A stretch of 63,312 nucleotides of DNA, counting the filler, from Bacteriovoracaceae bacterium (lineage in GTDB: Bacteria > Bdellovibrionota > Bacteriovoracia > Bacteriovoracales > Bacteriovoracaceae): the NCBI GenBank assembly GCA_018649885.1. It is 3 parts of 3 records of this genome, joined end to end, with 100 filler letters (N's around TTAATTAATTAA, not from the genome) between each part and the next. Parts side by side here need not be neighbours in the genome. Positions count along the whole stretch, not along the records: positions 4,861 to 35,459 come from JABIHA010000097.1; 2 more parts are not named here. One strand, given 5' to 3'. Positions within the stretch are counted from its first letter, which is position 1; every line of letters starts with the position of its first letter. Below the pieces are notes generated by a model. The model did no database searches. It saw nothing but the letters and a program-made list of their open reading frames with translations, and was not told the DNA's origin. Below, piece by piece: positions 19,400 to 28,727 of the stretch. The translations under genes were made by a program, and so were the position numbers.

Positions 19400-20023
19400 C
19401 TATATCCGACTCATACGGATTAATTTTTCTGCACCCATCTTTGAAAGTGTTTTTGAAAATAGCTCAAAAATTAATGCACCAACTCCTGTGTGTTTCCCTT
19501 GCCACTTCGCGGCCATTTGAATCAAACACTTGCTGCCGCTACTACTGTTTTGAGAGGTAATGTAAACCACTCCACTGAGACCTGGAAGCATTCCACGCTC
19601 AAAGACAAAAGGATAGTCGCCATCATTTTTTATGCGAGGAATTTTAAAGGCCAGTGAAATAGGGAAGGGTAGTAGTTGGTGATCGAAAAGTAGGTAGAGC
19701 TGATTTTTTTTGGGATTGAATTCACTTTTTTTTACAAAACCGATAAATTCGCTGTAGCTCTCATACATTCCTAATTTCCTAAAAGCTTTGATGCAAGACT
19801 TTGGGTGCATGGCACTTAACTGGTAATCAAGGGACTGAGTTTTTTCATTAAGTGTAGTCATAGAGCTTCTGACGATGATTTCACCCTCATGAAGTGCCTC
19901 CATTTGGGCCTTATTTACTTGGGGTTTGGCAACCTCTGCATGTGAATTCACACATGCCAATGCTAGAAGGGTGATGGTTAAAATTTTAATTCGTATATCC
20001 TGATTTCTTTGAACTCTGTTCAT
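19400..20023 (-). CDS. Secreted hypothetical protein
   Basis: 207-aa ORF with a signal-like segment; no motif recognised. Confidence 0.6.
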   Translation of the reverse strand: MNRVQRNQDIRIKILTITLLALACVNSHAEVAKPQVNKAQMEALHEGEIIVRSSMTTLNEKTQSLDYQLSAMHPKSCIKAFRKLGMYESYSEFIGFVKKSEFNPKKNQLYLLFDHQLLPFPISLAFKIPRIKNDGDYPFVFERGMLPGLSGVVYITSQNSSSGSKCLIQMAAKWQGKHTGVGALIFELFSKTLSKMGAEKLIRMSRI

Positions 20024-20086
20024 TTTGTTGTAATATTTTTTAATTGCCCCAAGTTTAAACTAATTCGCTTTGAAGGAACACATCAC

Positions 20087-22273
20087 ATGGCGGTAAAAAA
20101 AGTTAAAAGAAAGACCTCAAAGGTCAAAGAAGCAGAAATTGAAAGCAAGGACCAGCGCTGGCATTGCCGCAATAGGGTGACTCTCGTTTTCGGTAGTAAT
20201 CATGAGGAAGAATTAAACACCTATCTCTATACTGATGACTCCCTTGAGTTTAAAACCGTCCAATTCCATCAAGCAAAATCCAAAGCCGTTGAAGAAATAC
20301 TAGATAATTGTATTGATGAATTTTACCGAGGCCATGTTACTGAAGTTCACGCTGATCTAAGCGCTGACTGCAAAACAATTACTATTACAGACAACGGAAT
20401 CGGTTTTCCTCTCAATAAAGTTGAACAAGTTTATTCAGAATTTCGTACAGGTTCTAAATTTAAGGATGAGGATCTTGATAAGAAAGGCTTTCTCCATCGA
20501 ACCCTAGGCCAAAATGGTTTGGGTGCTTCAGCCACCTGCTTAACATCTGACTCTTTTAAAGTCGTGGTCAAGCACTATAACTCTGGTAATGAGCAGTCCT
20601 TTGAATTTATCAATGGTGCCTTGAAGATAAAAAAAGGTCGAAAGAAAAAATTTACAGGAGCTTCGGGAGTCAGCGTAACCCTGACTTTGTCAAAAGAAGT
20701 CTATAAAAGTCAAACCATCGACGAATCTCTGCTTAGAAAAAGGATCATCGACCTCGCCTATAATAATCCGGGGCTTGCCTTTTATTTAGGGAAAGAAAAG
20801 TATTTGTATGATAAAGGGCTTTTTGAACTGTCTGAAAGAATAAATAAAGAAACCGCCACCTTGTTTGGCCAGGACGACTTTGTATTTGAAGGGTTAACTC
20901 AGAAAAAGAAAAAATTTAAGGCGAAAATCGATTTAATTCTGTCTTTAAATATTGATAAAAATAGTGAGGAAAGAGAGAGGTTTATCTCTTTTGTTAATTC
21001 CACTCCTACTTTCGATGGAGGGTTTCATCAAGATAGAATTAGAAGGCTATTTATTAATAGTGTAAAAGATAAACTTGAAAGACAGGCTAAAAGAGAGAAG
21101 CTATCACTTAGTGATAATGATATTTTGACAGGCATGACGTTTACTTTTGGTATAAGAATGCCCAATCCCAGGTTTGAATCTCAAACCAAAAGAAAATTAG
21201 TCAGAGACACTTTTCTAGACAAAGCACTCGATGGGTTTGTTAAGAAAAATTTTGATAAATGGCACCGTAAAAATAAAGATTACCTAGATTTAATTATTGA
21301 ACGTGCAAAAGCTAGACATCGCTTCGACGAGCTTAAAGAGGCCGGTAAAAAGGCCAGAAGAAGTAAAAAAACGAGGGTTGAGAAATTACTTGATGCCAAC
21401 TCTAGAAAAGATAGAAGCGAGTGTACTCTATTCATCTGTGAAGGGGACTCAGCAATTGGAGGCCTTAGGTCTTCGAGAAATAAAATGTTGCAAGGTGGGA
21501 TTGCTCTTAAAGGTAAGCCCATGAATGTGACCCAGGCCAATATTAAAGATGTACTCAATAACCAAGAATTTACTGGGATCATGGCCTCCATTGGACTTGT
21601 TATTGGTGAAGAGGCCAACCTTAGTAACTTGAGATACTCCAAAATTGTATTTTTGGCCGACTCCGATGTGGACGGCGGTCATATCAATACTCTTTTAACT
21701 AATTTCTTTTATACCTTCTGGCCCGAGTTATTTAGTATGGGCGCCATTCAAATTACCAAGGCCCCTCTATTTGAAATTATCACCAATAAAGGGACAATCT
21801 ACGCCGAATCAGAGACTGAGCTCGATGCAATTAAAAAGAAAAATAGTGGCATCCGGGAAATTCAAAGAAATAAAGGACTGGGGGAGATGTCTCCTGAGGC
21901 ATGGAAATACGTATTGTCTAGAGATGGCTATACCCAGATTGCTGTTGAAGATAAGTCCGCCACAAAACATATGCTCAATGTGTGCTTTGGAAAAGAGACT
22001 CAGCTGAGAAAAAATTTACTCTTAGACGAAGATTCAAAGTCCACCTCTCGTAAAACTGTAAAAAAGGCAGCAGCAAAGGCCAAAAAGGTTGTGGTAAAAA
22101 AAGTGGCGAAGAAGGCCGCTAAGAAAGTAGCTAAGAAAGCTTCTAAAAAAGCTACCAAAAAAGTTGCAAAGAAGACCACTCGAAAAGTTGCCAAAAAAGC
22201 GACAAAAAAAACAACTAAGAAAGTTGCAAAGAAGGCCACTAAGAAGGCCACAGTGAAAAAGGTTCGAAAATAG
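20087..22273 (+). CDS. Type IIA DNA topoisomerase ATPase/TOPRIM subunit (T4 gp39+60/eukaryote-like) with Lys/Ala-rich tail
   Basis: EEILDNCIDE, DNGIG, GQNGLGA, FESQTK, EGDSA, DSDVDG, KGLGEM; ATG 20087 behind GAAGGA. Confidence 0.92.
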   Translation: MAVKKVKRKTSKVKEAEIESKDQRWHCRNRVTLVFGSNHEEELNTYLYTDDSLEFKTVQFHQAKSKAVEEILDNCIDEFYRGHVTEVHADLSADCKTITITDNGIGFPLNKVEQVYSEFRTGSKFKDEDLDKKGFLHRTLGQNGLGASATCLTSDSFKVVVKHYNSGNEQSFEFINGALKIKKGRKKKFTGASGVSVTLTLSKEVYKSQTIDESLLRKRIIDLAYNNPGLAFYLGKEKYLYDKGLFELSERINKETATLFGQDDFVFEGLTQKKKKFKAKIDLILSLNIDKNSEERERFISFVNSTPTFDGGFHQDRIRRLFINSVKDKLERQAKREKLSLSDNDILTGMTFTFGIRMPNPRFESQTKRKLVRDTFLDKALDGFVKKNFDKWHRKNKDYLDLIIERAKARHRFDELKEAGKKARRSKKTRVEKLLDANSRKDRSECTLFICEGDSAIGGLRSSRNKMLQGGIALKGKPMNVTQANIKDVLNNQEFTGIMASIGLVIGEEANLSNLRYSKIVFLADSDVDGGHINTLLTNFFYTFWPELFSMGAIQITKAPLFEIITNKGTIYAESETELDAIKKKNSGIREIQRNKGLGEMSPEAWKYVLSRDGYTQIAVEDKSATKHMLNVCFGKETQLRKNLLLDEDSKSTSRKTVKKAAAKAKKVVVKKVAKKAAKKVAKKASKKATKKVAKKTTRKVAKKATKKTTKKVAKKATKKATVKKVRK

Positions 22274-22279
22274 GTTGTA

Positions 22280-23716
22280 ATGATGGAAGAATTTTACTTA
22301 CACTCACTTGATTCTATACCCCTTGAAAAAATTGTTAAGGAAGAATATAGAACCTATCAAATCTATACTCTGATGGATCGGGCGATTCCCTATTTGAGAG
22401 ATGGACTTAAACCTTCCCAAAGAAGAATCCTATTTACACTGTGGAAAAACCAGTCCAAGGGACTTATGAAAGTTTCCTCGGCGACAGGTTTAGTTTTAAC
22501 ACTTCATCCCCATGGCCCAGCTAGTATTGAGTCATCAATTGTTAATTTGGCGCAAGATTTTACTTTTACCAACAATTATCCATTGATTGATAAAAAAGGA
22601 TATTTTGGTGAAAGAATGGAAACGAGCCCGGCTGCTTCAAGGTATATTGAATGTAAGCTGGGCAAGATGTCACAAATATTATTATTTGATGATATGAACC
22701 AAGTTCCAATGATTCCTAATTATGATGAAAAGGTGATGGAGCCTGCTCACTTACTTCCCAAACTTCCTATTATGCTTCTCAATGGTGCTGAAGGTATCGG
22801 AACTGGATTTTCATCTGTCATCCCAAGCTTTGGACACAAAGAAATCATTAGATCGATGATATCTGTCATTGAAGGCGCAAGACCTAGAAAAGTTAAACCA
22901 TTTGTTCGAAACTATAGCGCGGATATTGGCTTTGATGGCAAGAAACTCACCTTCCCAATGCTATTTAATGAAGACAGCGATGGAATCTATATTAGTGAGC
23001 TACCCAGAGGTTATGACGCCCAAAAAATATACCGCTATCTTGGCAAGTATATGGAAGAGGGTTACTTAAAAGATTTTGTAGACTCTTCTGTTGATAATAC
23101 TATTCACATCGAACTTATCTTTAAAAGAGGACAGACACCAAAACTGGCTGAGGTTCGAGCTAAAATGGGCGCCATTAGTTCATTGACTTCAAATTACACC
23201 CTAATAAGCGAAAGAGGTGTGAAAATTTTTGATAAGGCCGAAGAGATTATCGAAATCTTCACTGGTCAAAGACTTGAGGTTGTTAAAAGACGATATGAGT
23301 TGCTGGCCATTGATGCCAAAAATAAAATTGACCAAAATAATGAAATAATCCGTTTCATAAAGCAAAAGCATTATGAAAAGGCCACTAAGAGTAAAAATAG
23401 AAAGACATTTGTTGAGTATCTACAATCGAAGAAATTTAACTATTTTGATTATTTAGCAGATATGCCAATTTATCGTATGACCATTGAAGAGGTAAGTAAA
23501 AGGCAGCTAATAGTTAAAGAAGAAACAAAGAAGCTTGCTGAATACAAAAAAATTGCTAAATCAAATACTCTGATAAAAAAGAAGCTTATTGCCGAGCTTG
23601 GTGAAGTTGATGAAAAACTTGAGGCCATTGTTAAAGAACGCGATAAGAAGAGAAAAGAGCTTTATAAATCTCTTGCCAAAAAACCGGTAAAAAAGAAAGT
23701 TAGAAAAAGGCAATAA
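22280..23716 (+). CDS. Type IIA DNA topoisomerase breakage-reunion subunit lacking the beta-pinwheel CTD (T4 gp52-like)
   Basis: RAIP..RDGLKPSQRR, HPHG, AASRY (catalytic Tyr), NGAEGIGTG; only 478 aa. Confidence 0.92.
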   Translation: MMEEFYLHSLDSIPLEKIVKEEYRTYQIYTLMDRAIPYLRDGLKPSQRRILFTLWKNQSKGLMKVSSATGLVLTLHPHGPASIESSIVNLAQDFTFTNNYPLIDKKGYFGERMETSPAASRYIECKLGKMSQILLFDDMNQVPMIPNYDEKVMEPAHLLPKLPIMLLNGAEGIGTGFSSVIPSFGHKEIIRSMISVIEGARPRKVKPFVRNYSADIGFDGKKLTFPMLFNEDSDGIYISELPRGYDAQKIYRYLGKYMEEGYLKDFVDSSVDNTIHIELIFKRGQTPKLAEVRAKMGAISSLTSNYTLISERGVKIFDKAEEIIEIFTGQRLEVVKRRYELLAIDAKNKIDQNNEIIRFIKQKHYEKATKSKNRKTFVEYLQSKKFNYFDYLADMPIYRMTIEEVSKRQLIVKEETKKLAEYKKIAKSNTLIKKKLIAELGEVDEKLEAIVKERDKKRKELYKSLAKKPVKKKVRKRQ

Positions 23717-24510
23717 TGGTCCAAGGTCTTTTAAATAAACCTATTATTGGCGTGATCTACTTACCTCCGCTTCTAGGGCACGATGGATGCCCTGGAATGG
23801 ACTCCATGATTAGTGGGACTATCCAGCAAGTTCAGCAATTAGAAAAGCTTGGATACACGGCCGCATTACTAGAAAATGAAAATGATAGGCCCTACTCGCT
23901 AAAGGCAAGAGTTGAGATCGTGGCCTCAATGACTCGAATTACAAGCGACGTGGTGAAGGCCTGTCCCAAAATTAAAATAGGTGTTGAATTTTTAATTAAT
24001 GACCCCATGGCCTCTCTGGCAATCGCAAAGGCATCAGGGGCCAGTTTCATTAGAACTGATTACTTTGTCGACCGCATGTCCCGAGAAGAATTTGGTGGTG
24101 AGATTGAAATCAATGCCAGTGAGATTTTGGCCTTTAGAAAAAAAATCGGTGCTGTTGATATCGATCTCTATACTGATATCCAAGTAAAATATGCAAAATT
24201 ACTTACTCCAGGTAAAACTCTTGCTGAAAGTGCGGGTGAGGCCCGAAAATTTAGCAGTAGCGCTGTGGTTGTTTCGGGGAGAATAACGGGAGAGCCTATA
24301 GATGTCATGGAGCTCAAGTCTCTCCATGAAAGTGGCACTGATATTCCCATTTTCCTTGGCTCTGGTCTGAATAGTGAAAATGCTGTTGATTTGTGGCCTA
24401 TATGTGATGGTGCGATGGTGGGAACTAGTATCATGACCCAAGGAATTATAGACCGTGCAAAAGCAAGCGTGCTAATCGAAACAATTTGTGAAATCGAAAA
24501 CTCCAGATGA
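23716..24510 (+). CDS. BtpA/SgcQ family TIM-barrel protein
   Basis: IIGVIYLPPL.G, LENENDRPY, DIQVKYA, VSG..TG, GSG. Confidence 0.88.
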   Translation: MVQGLLNKPIIGVIYLPPLLGHDGCPGMDSMISGTIQQVQQLEKLGYTAALLENENDRPYSLKARVEIVASMTRITSDVVKACPKIKIGVEFLINDPMASLAIAKASGASFIRTDYFVDRMSREEFGGEIEINASEILAFRKKIGAVDIDLYTDIQVKYAKLLTPGKTLAESAGEARKFSSSAVVVSGRITGEPIDVMELKSLHESGTDIPIFLGSGLNSENAVDLWPICDGAMVGTSIMTQGIIDRAKASVLIETICEIENSR

Positions 24511-25325
24511 AGATAATTTGTGTGGGTGATGCAGGAATAGATGAATATAGAAACTTATCTCAAAGCTTCGTCGGGGGCTGCTCTCTTAATAATGCCTACC
24601 ATTTAACGAAAGACTACAATCAGCTGTGCCAGACTTCATTATTTTCTCCCATAGGAAGTGATGCAAGTGCTGAGAGAGTGCTCAGCTTTTGCAAAAAAGA
24701 GGGCATTGAATTTCTAGGCAAGAGATACCAAGGTAGTACACCTAGTCAGATTATAGAAGTCCTTCCAAGTGGAGAGAAACAATTTATCTCCTATCATGAA
24801 GGGGTGTTTAAAGATTTTTCTCTGTCCAGAGATGATCTAGATTTAATTGAAAATCATGATTTAGTGGTGACAGTTGTTTTTGATCAAAACCAAAAGTTCT
24901 TTGATTCACTCTATTGCGAGGCAGAGTCAAAATTTGTCATTGATTTTATGGATTTATCAGACTTTTCCTATGATTTAGATTTTGTGGAAAGCTATCTGGG
25001 TAAGTGCCAAATGGCGGTTATTGGTTTTGACCACTATGATGAGTTGATGGTTTTAAAGGTGAAAAAGCTGGCAGCTGACTACAATCGAGATTTTCTATTA
25101 ACTTTTGGGGCCCAGGGTGCGCTATTTATTAGTGAGCAAAACTCACAAAGAGTCGATGCTAAAAAAGTTGAAAAAGTAGTGGATACCACAGGTGCCGGGG
25201 ATGCATTTCTATCTTATTTTATAGGAGAGTACACTGTACGCGGTGAATCTGTCTCAAGGTCCTTGGAGGTGGCGAGTGAACACGCTAAAAAGGTCGTTGA
25301 AAGACTTGGTTGCCATGCCCTTTAG
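24507..25325 (+). CDS. PfkB-family carbohydrate kinase (fructoselysine-kinase-like)
   Basis: GG..LN, IGSD and the VDTTGAGDAF signature. Confidence 0.88.
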   Translation: MKIICVGDAGIDEYRNLSQSFVGGCSLNNAYHLTKDYNQLCQTSLFSPIGSDASAERVLSFCKKEGIEFLGKRYQGSTPSQIIEVLPSGEKQFISYHEGVFKDFSLSRDDLDLIENHDLVVTVVFDQNQKFFDSLYCEAESKFVIDFMDLSDFSYDLDFVESYLGKCQMAVIGFDHYDELMVLKVKKLAADYNRDFLLTFGAQGALFISEQNSQRVDAKKVEKVVDTTGAGDAFLSYFIGEYTVRGESVSRSLEVASEHAKKVVERLGCHAL

Positions 25326-26195
25326 TTTCCGCAACATATATTTGTGGGAGTCCACAACTGTCGATTTCACATAGTGATTGCAAGTTCCATCATATTTAAG
25401 CTCTATCATGCCGTTTACAAATTCGCCTTCATAAGACTTCTCTTGGTTTTCCATTTCTGATTTAATAAAGCTGATAGAGTAGGGACCAGCATCCACACCT
25501 TCTTCCACTGGCATCAGCGCCGCTAAACCGTAATTTGATTTTACAGAACTAATATCGTGGGTATAGAGGCTTCTAACCTGTGTTTGAGATGCTAGAGTTG
25601 GTGCCATTACAGCAGGAGTAGTGCTGGTATGATTAAGACCAACAAAGTGACCTAGCTCGTGAAGGACAACTGTAGGTAAGTCGTAGGTGCCAGCAGCGCT
25701 ATTTGTTGAAAAATTAAAGTAATCTTCATTGATGATGATGTCAGCATGGGTGAGCTCAATATATTCACTTGCTTGTCCCACATTTCTTCTAAAACCAAAA
25801 TATTGTGTGATGGCCAGTGCAAAGGAAGACACGCTTGTGGGCCAATTATTGTTTTGGTAGATACCGTACTCGCTATCATAATAGTCATTAAGGTCTGTAA
25901 AACTTTTATTGGCCACTTGAGCGCCAAATGAAAAGAAATTCACAGCATTTCCTGTTCCGCTTTCCCATTGATCGCCCATGCTTGTTAAAAGAGTATTTTC
26001 AGCTCCACTGTACGAGGTAGATACCCTTACTGATATGGGCATACTCCCACCAAGCCATTTGCCATTTACGGTTGCATTAGAAACAGTTGTAGTAGTTGTA
26101 GTTATAGACTCAGTTTTTTTAAGTCCCCCACAAGAGAGAGCAAAAACAATGTTGAAGGTCATAATTATGCAATAGTAAAAGAGACGACCAGTCAT
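25254..26195 (-). CDS. Matrixin-family (M10-like) metalloprotease, probable lipoprotein
   Basis: ALSC lipobox; HELGHFVGLNH plus Met-turn AVM; ADIIIN. Confidence 0.85.
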   Translation of the reverse strand: MTGRLFYYCIIMTFNIVFALSCGGLKKTESITTTTTTVSNATVNGKWLGGSMPISVRVSTSYSGAENTLLTSMGDQWESGTGNAVNFFSFGAQVANKSFTDLNDYYDSEYGIYQNNNWPTSVSSFALAITQYFGFRRNVGQASEYIELTHADIIINEDYFNFSTNSAAGTYDLPTVVLHELGHFVGLNHTSTTPAVMAPTLASQTQVRSLYTHDISSVKSNYGLAALMPVEEGVDAGPYSISFIKSEMENQEKSYEGEFVNGMIELKYDGTCNHYVKSTVVDSHKYMLRKLKGMATKSFNDLFSVFTRHLQGP

Positions 26196-26228
26196 GAACC
26201 ACCTTTTGCAATAGGTCTTCTGCAGTAC

Positions 26229-26255
26229 TTATCGGTTGAAATGAAAAATTTGTTA
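26229..26255 (-). promoter_or_regulatory. Putative sigma28 (FliA) promoter of the matrixin gene
   Basis: Minus strand TAAC-N15-ACCGATAA versus consensus TAAA-N15-GCCGATAA. Confidence 0.55.
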
Positions 26256-26338
26256 AAAGCAGAGTCTTCTAGTCAGAAACGATCTTGATCAAAACAGGCA
26301 GATAATACCCACATTTAGAGCTCGTATATTTTTGGGCC

Positions 26339-27172
26339 TTGGTGGATAATATGGGTATGACAAAGTTTTCTTCAATATTTGGGTTTCTATTATTGCCTAC
26401 AGTGCTACTAGCAGCTGGAGTGAGGCCTGAAATGCCCAGTAAAGGGGTCGTTAGTAGGCATGTACATGCTTTTATGGACAATTCTATTAAATATCACAAG
26501 TTTACGGCCAGAGTTACAGACAAAGACTCGTTAGATAGAATAATCAAAGTTAAATCAGAGATGGATAATGTGCGGTTTCTGAGGGCGGGGGATCGTCTTG
26601 ATTTTTCTATGAAAAATGGCTCTGGTTCATGTAAGGGATTTGTCAGAGGGGTTGAAAAACTTCACATCACTCTCTTTGTACCTTTCATAGGTAAGTGCTG
26701 GGAGTATGATGAGTACTTTAGAAGGGGGACACGGCTTGAGTTTGTCTCTAAAGATTTTGTTATGAGAGTAAAAGAGGCTTCTGATTACCGTCGGCATCTA
26801 CTTATAAGAAAGGAAGACTTCCTCAAGCAACTCAATGAGATCAACCATTTTTTATGGAGTTATGATCAAAAAAGATTAGAAGTAGCTGCAGATTTTGATA
26901 AAGAAATTATAGAGATAGAAAAGAAGAAGAGGCATGCACTTTCTGAGTTAATCCAAAAGAAAAAAGACGAAGTGGTCTTGCAAAAAGAGCTTAGAAGAAA
27001 GCTGATGGAGCTAGATCACGAAATAGACTTCTATCAAATTGACCGCACAGAGCTTCTTTCTGATCGCTGGTACCTTGATCACGACCAGGGTGTTCCTGTG
27101 GGGAAAAGACCCCAAAGGGAGAGGAAGATAAGCCGCGAATTTCACCGTTGGAAAGACGCCAGATTTAAGTAG
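26339..27172 (+). CDS. Secreted hypothetical protein (beta domain plus coiled coil), paralog of 47226-47903
   Basis: Signal peptide; shares GDRL.F, C.G.V.G, VP....C and DRW..D with 47226-47903. Confidence 0.75.
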   Translation: MVDNMGMTKFSSIFGFLLLPTVLLAAGVRPEMPSKGVVSRHVHAFMDNSIKYHKFTARVTDKDSLDRIIKVKSEMDNVRFLRAGDRLDFSMKNGSGSCKGFVRGVEKLHITLFVPFIGKCWEYDEYFRRGTRLEFVSKDFVMRVKEASDYRRHLLIRKEDFLKQLNEINHFLWSYDQKRLEVAADFDKEIIEIEKKKRHALSELIQKKKDEVVLQKELRRKLMELDHEIDFYQIDRTELLSDRWYLDHDQGVPVGKRPQRERKISREFHRWKDARFK

Positions 27173-27471
27173 TAGTCTCATATAAAAACTTCAGACCTCA
27201 TGTTCCAGTTTTTTAGTACGTTTGCATTGGAACAAGAGCATTAACATTCCATCAAATTCTGGGTAATAATTACCACAGATTCGTTAAGACAAACCATATA
27301 ATATCAGAGAGTTATGCCTACTTGGTTAGGAAGGTGACTGACTATGTCAAGATTATGTTTTGTTATTCTCAAAGGCTATTGCCACGCGTAAAAAGCTGCT
27401 AGATTGTCCTTAATCGAGAGCAGAGCTATGGCGAATTTTAGGCCGAGTCTAAATAAGATGGTTATTAAAAA

Positions 27472-28668
27472 ATGAAGGAGAACATGAACATGAGTACTCA
27501 AGCAAAAGAAGGTGGCGAGCTTCTTAATGAGAATGTTTCAACAGGTCTAAATGCAAAAGACATTACTGAAATCATTTTAAGGGCAGTTGCTGTAATTAGT
27601 CTTTTATTTCTATTTTTAGTAGGAGTAAAAGTTTTAGGTGGCAGTATCAAATTAATGGGTAAGGACTTTGCAACATCACTGCTTGGTCTTCAAAGCAACC
27701 CATTTTTAGCATTAATGGCCGGTATGTTATCAACGGCACTTTTTCAGTCATCATCTGTAACCACGTCTATTATAGTCGGCATGGTTTCTGCGGGATCCCT
27801 TACAGTGACGGGCGCAGTACCCATGATTATGGGGGCCAATATAGGCACCTCTGTGACAAACACTCTTGTGTCTCTAGGTTATGTACAAGATAAGAAAAAC
27901 TTTGAAAGGGCCTTTTCGGCAGCTACGGTTCACGATATGTTTAACCTGCTTTCCGTAATAGTTTTCCTTCCACTTGAAATGGCAACAGGCTTCCTAGGCA
28001 AGTCAGCAACATTTGCAGCAACTTTTCTATACGGTTCAGCTTCAGGCGGAAAATTTAGCTCGCCTATTAAAGCTGCACTCAAGCCAGCATCTAAAGCCGT
28101 TTCTCACTTTGTGACTGGAACTCTTGGCTTTGAGAGTGTTGCTGCTGGTATCACCCAGATGATTATCGCTGCCATTATCATTATTTTTGCTCTTTCATTT
28201 ATTGTTAAATTGATGAAAGTCATCGTTGAAAGTAACAAAGGTGAAGTTATAAATAGAATGCTTACTAAAAATGCCTCTCTAGGTATCCTTATCGGTGCGG
28301 CCGTAACAGTATCAGTTCAATCGAGCTCAATAACTACTTCACTACTGGTTCCCATGGCCGGAGCAGGTCTACTTACCGTAAATAGTATTTTACCTGTTAC
28401 TGTTGGCGCCAATATAGGAACAACTGCTACTGCCTTAATCGCTGCCCTCGCTGGCAACGTTCACGGACTGGCCATTGCTCTTGTTCACTTCTTTTTCAAT
28501 ATTTGCGGAATGCTTGCTTGGTTTGTTCATCCTAAGATGAGAAGAGCTCCAATCGTTCTTTGTGAGTCACTAGCTGCAGGTGTTGCTAAAAATAAGATAC
28601 TTGCACCAGTGTACATTGGTTTTGTCTTCTTTCTCGCACCACTGGCCATGATCTTTATGTATAAATAA
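27472..28668 (+). CDS. nptA: Na+/phosphate cotransporter (NptA/NaPi-II type)
   Basis: Two QSSS motifs, GANIGT twice, AATVHDMFN. Confidence 0.88.
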   Translation: MKENMNMSTQAKEGGELLNENVSTGLNAKDITEIILRAVAVISLLFLFLVGVKVLGGSIKLMGKDFATSLLGLQSNPFLALMAGMLSTALFQSSSVTTSIIVGMVSAGSLTVTGAVPMIMGANIGTSVTNTLVSLGYVQDKKNFERAFSAATVHDMFNLLSVIVFLPLEMATGFLGKSATFAATFLYGSASGGKFSSPIKAALKPASKAVSHFVTGTLGFESVAAGITQMIIAAIIIIFALSFIVKLMKVIVESNKGEVINRMLTKNASLGILIGAAVTVSVQSSSITTSLLVPMAGAGLLTVNSILPVTVGANIGTTATALIAALAGNVHGLAIALVHFFFNICGMLAWFVHPKMRRAPIVLCESLAAGVAKNKILAPVYIGFVFFLAPLAMIFMYK

Positions 28669-28692
28669 AAACTTATCATAATAAGAATTGCT

Positions 28693-28725
28693 AAAAGCCT
28701 CCTAGGATTAGGAGGCTTTTTTTTT
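28693..28725. terminator. Bidirectional intrinsic terminator
   Basis: AAAAGCCTCCTA-GGAT-TAGGAGGCTTTTTTTTT. Confidence 0.85.
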
Positions 28726-28727
28726 GC

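Noticed and set aside
22000..22251. Hydrophobic Phe/Ala-rich minus-strand ORF resembling a membrane peptide
   Set aside because: It is the antisense reading of the Lys/Ala-rich topoisomerase tail.
25254..25325. 72-bp convergent overlap of pfkB and the matrixin gene
   Set aside because: It is probably a simple stop-codon extension; short 3' overlaps also occur at sixA/ppk2 and at 57851-57854.
27270..27315. Pho box upstream of nptA
   Set aside because: Only weak, irregularly spaced half-sites are present; an IHF-consensus match (27302-27314) alone is not enough to call regulation.
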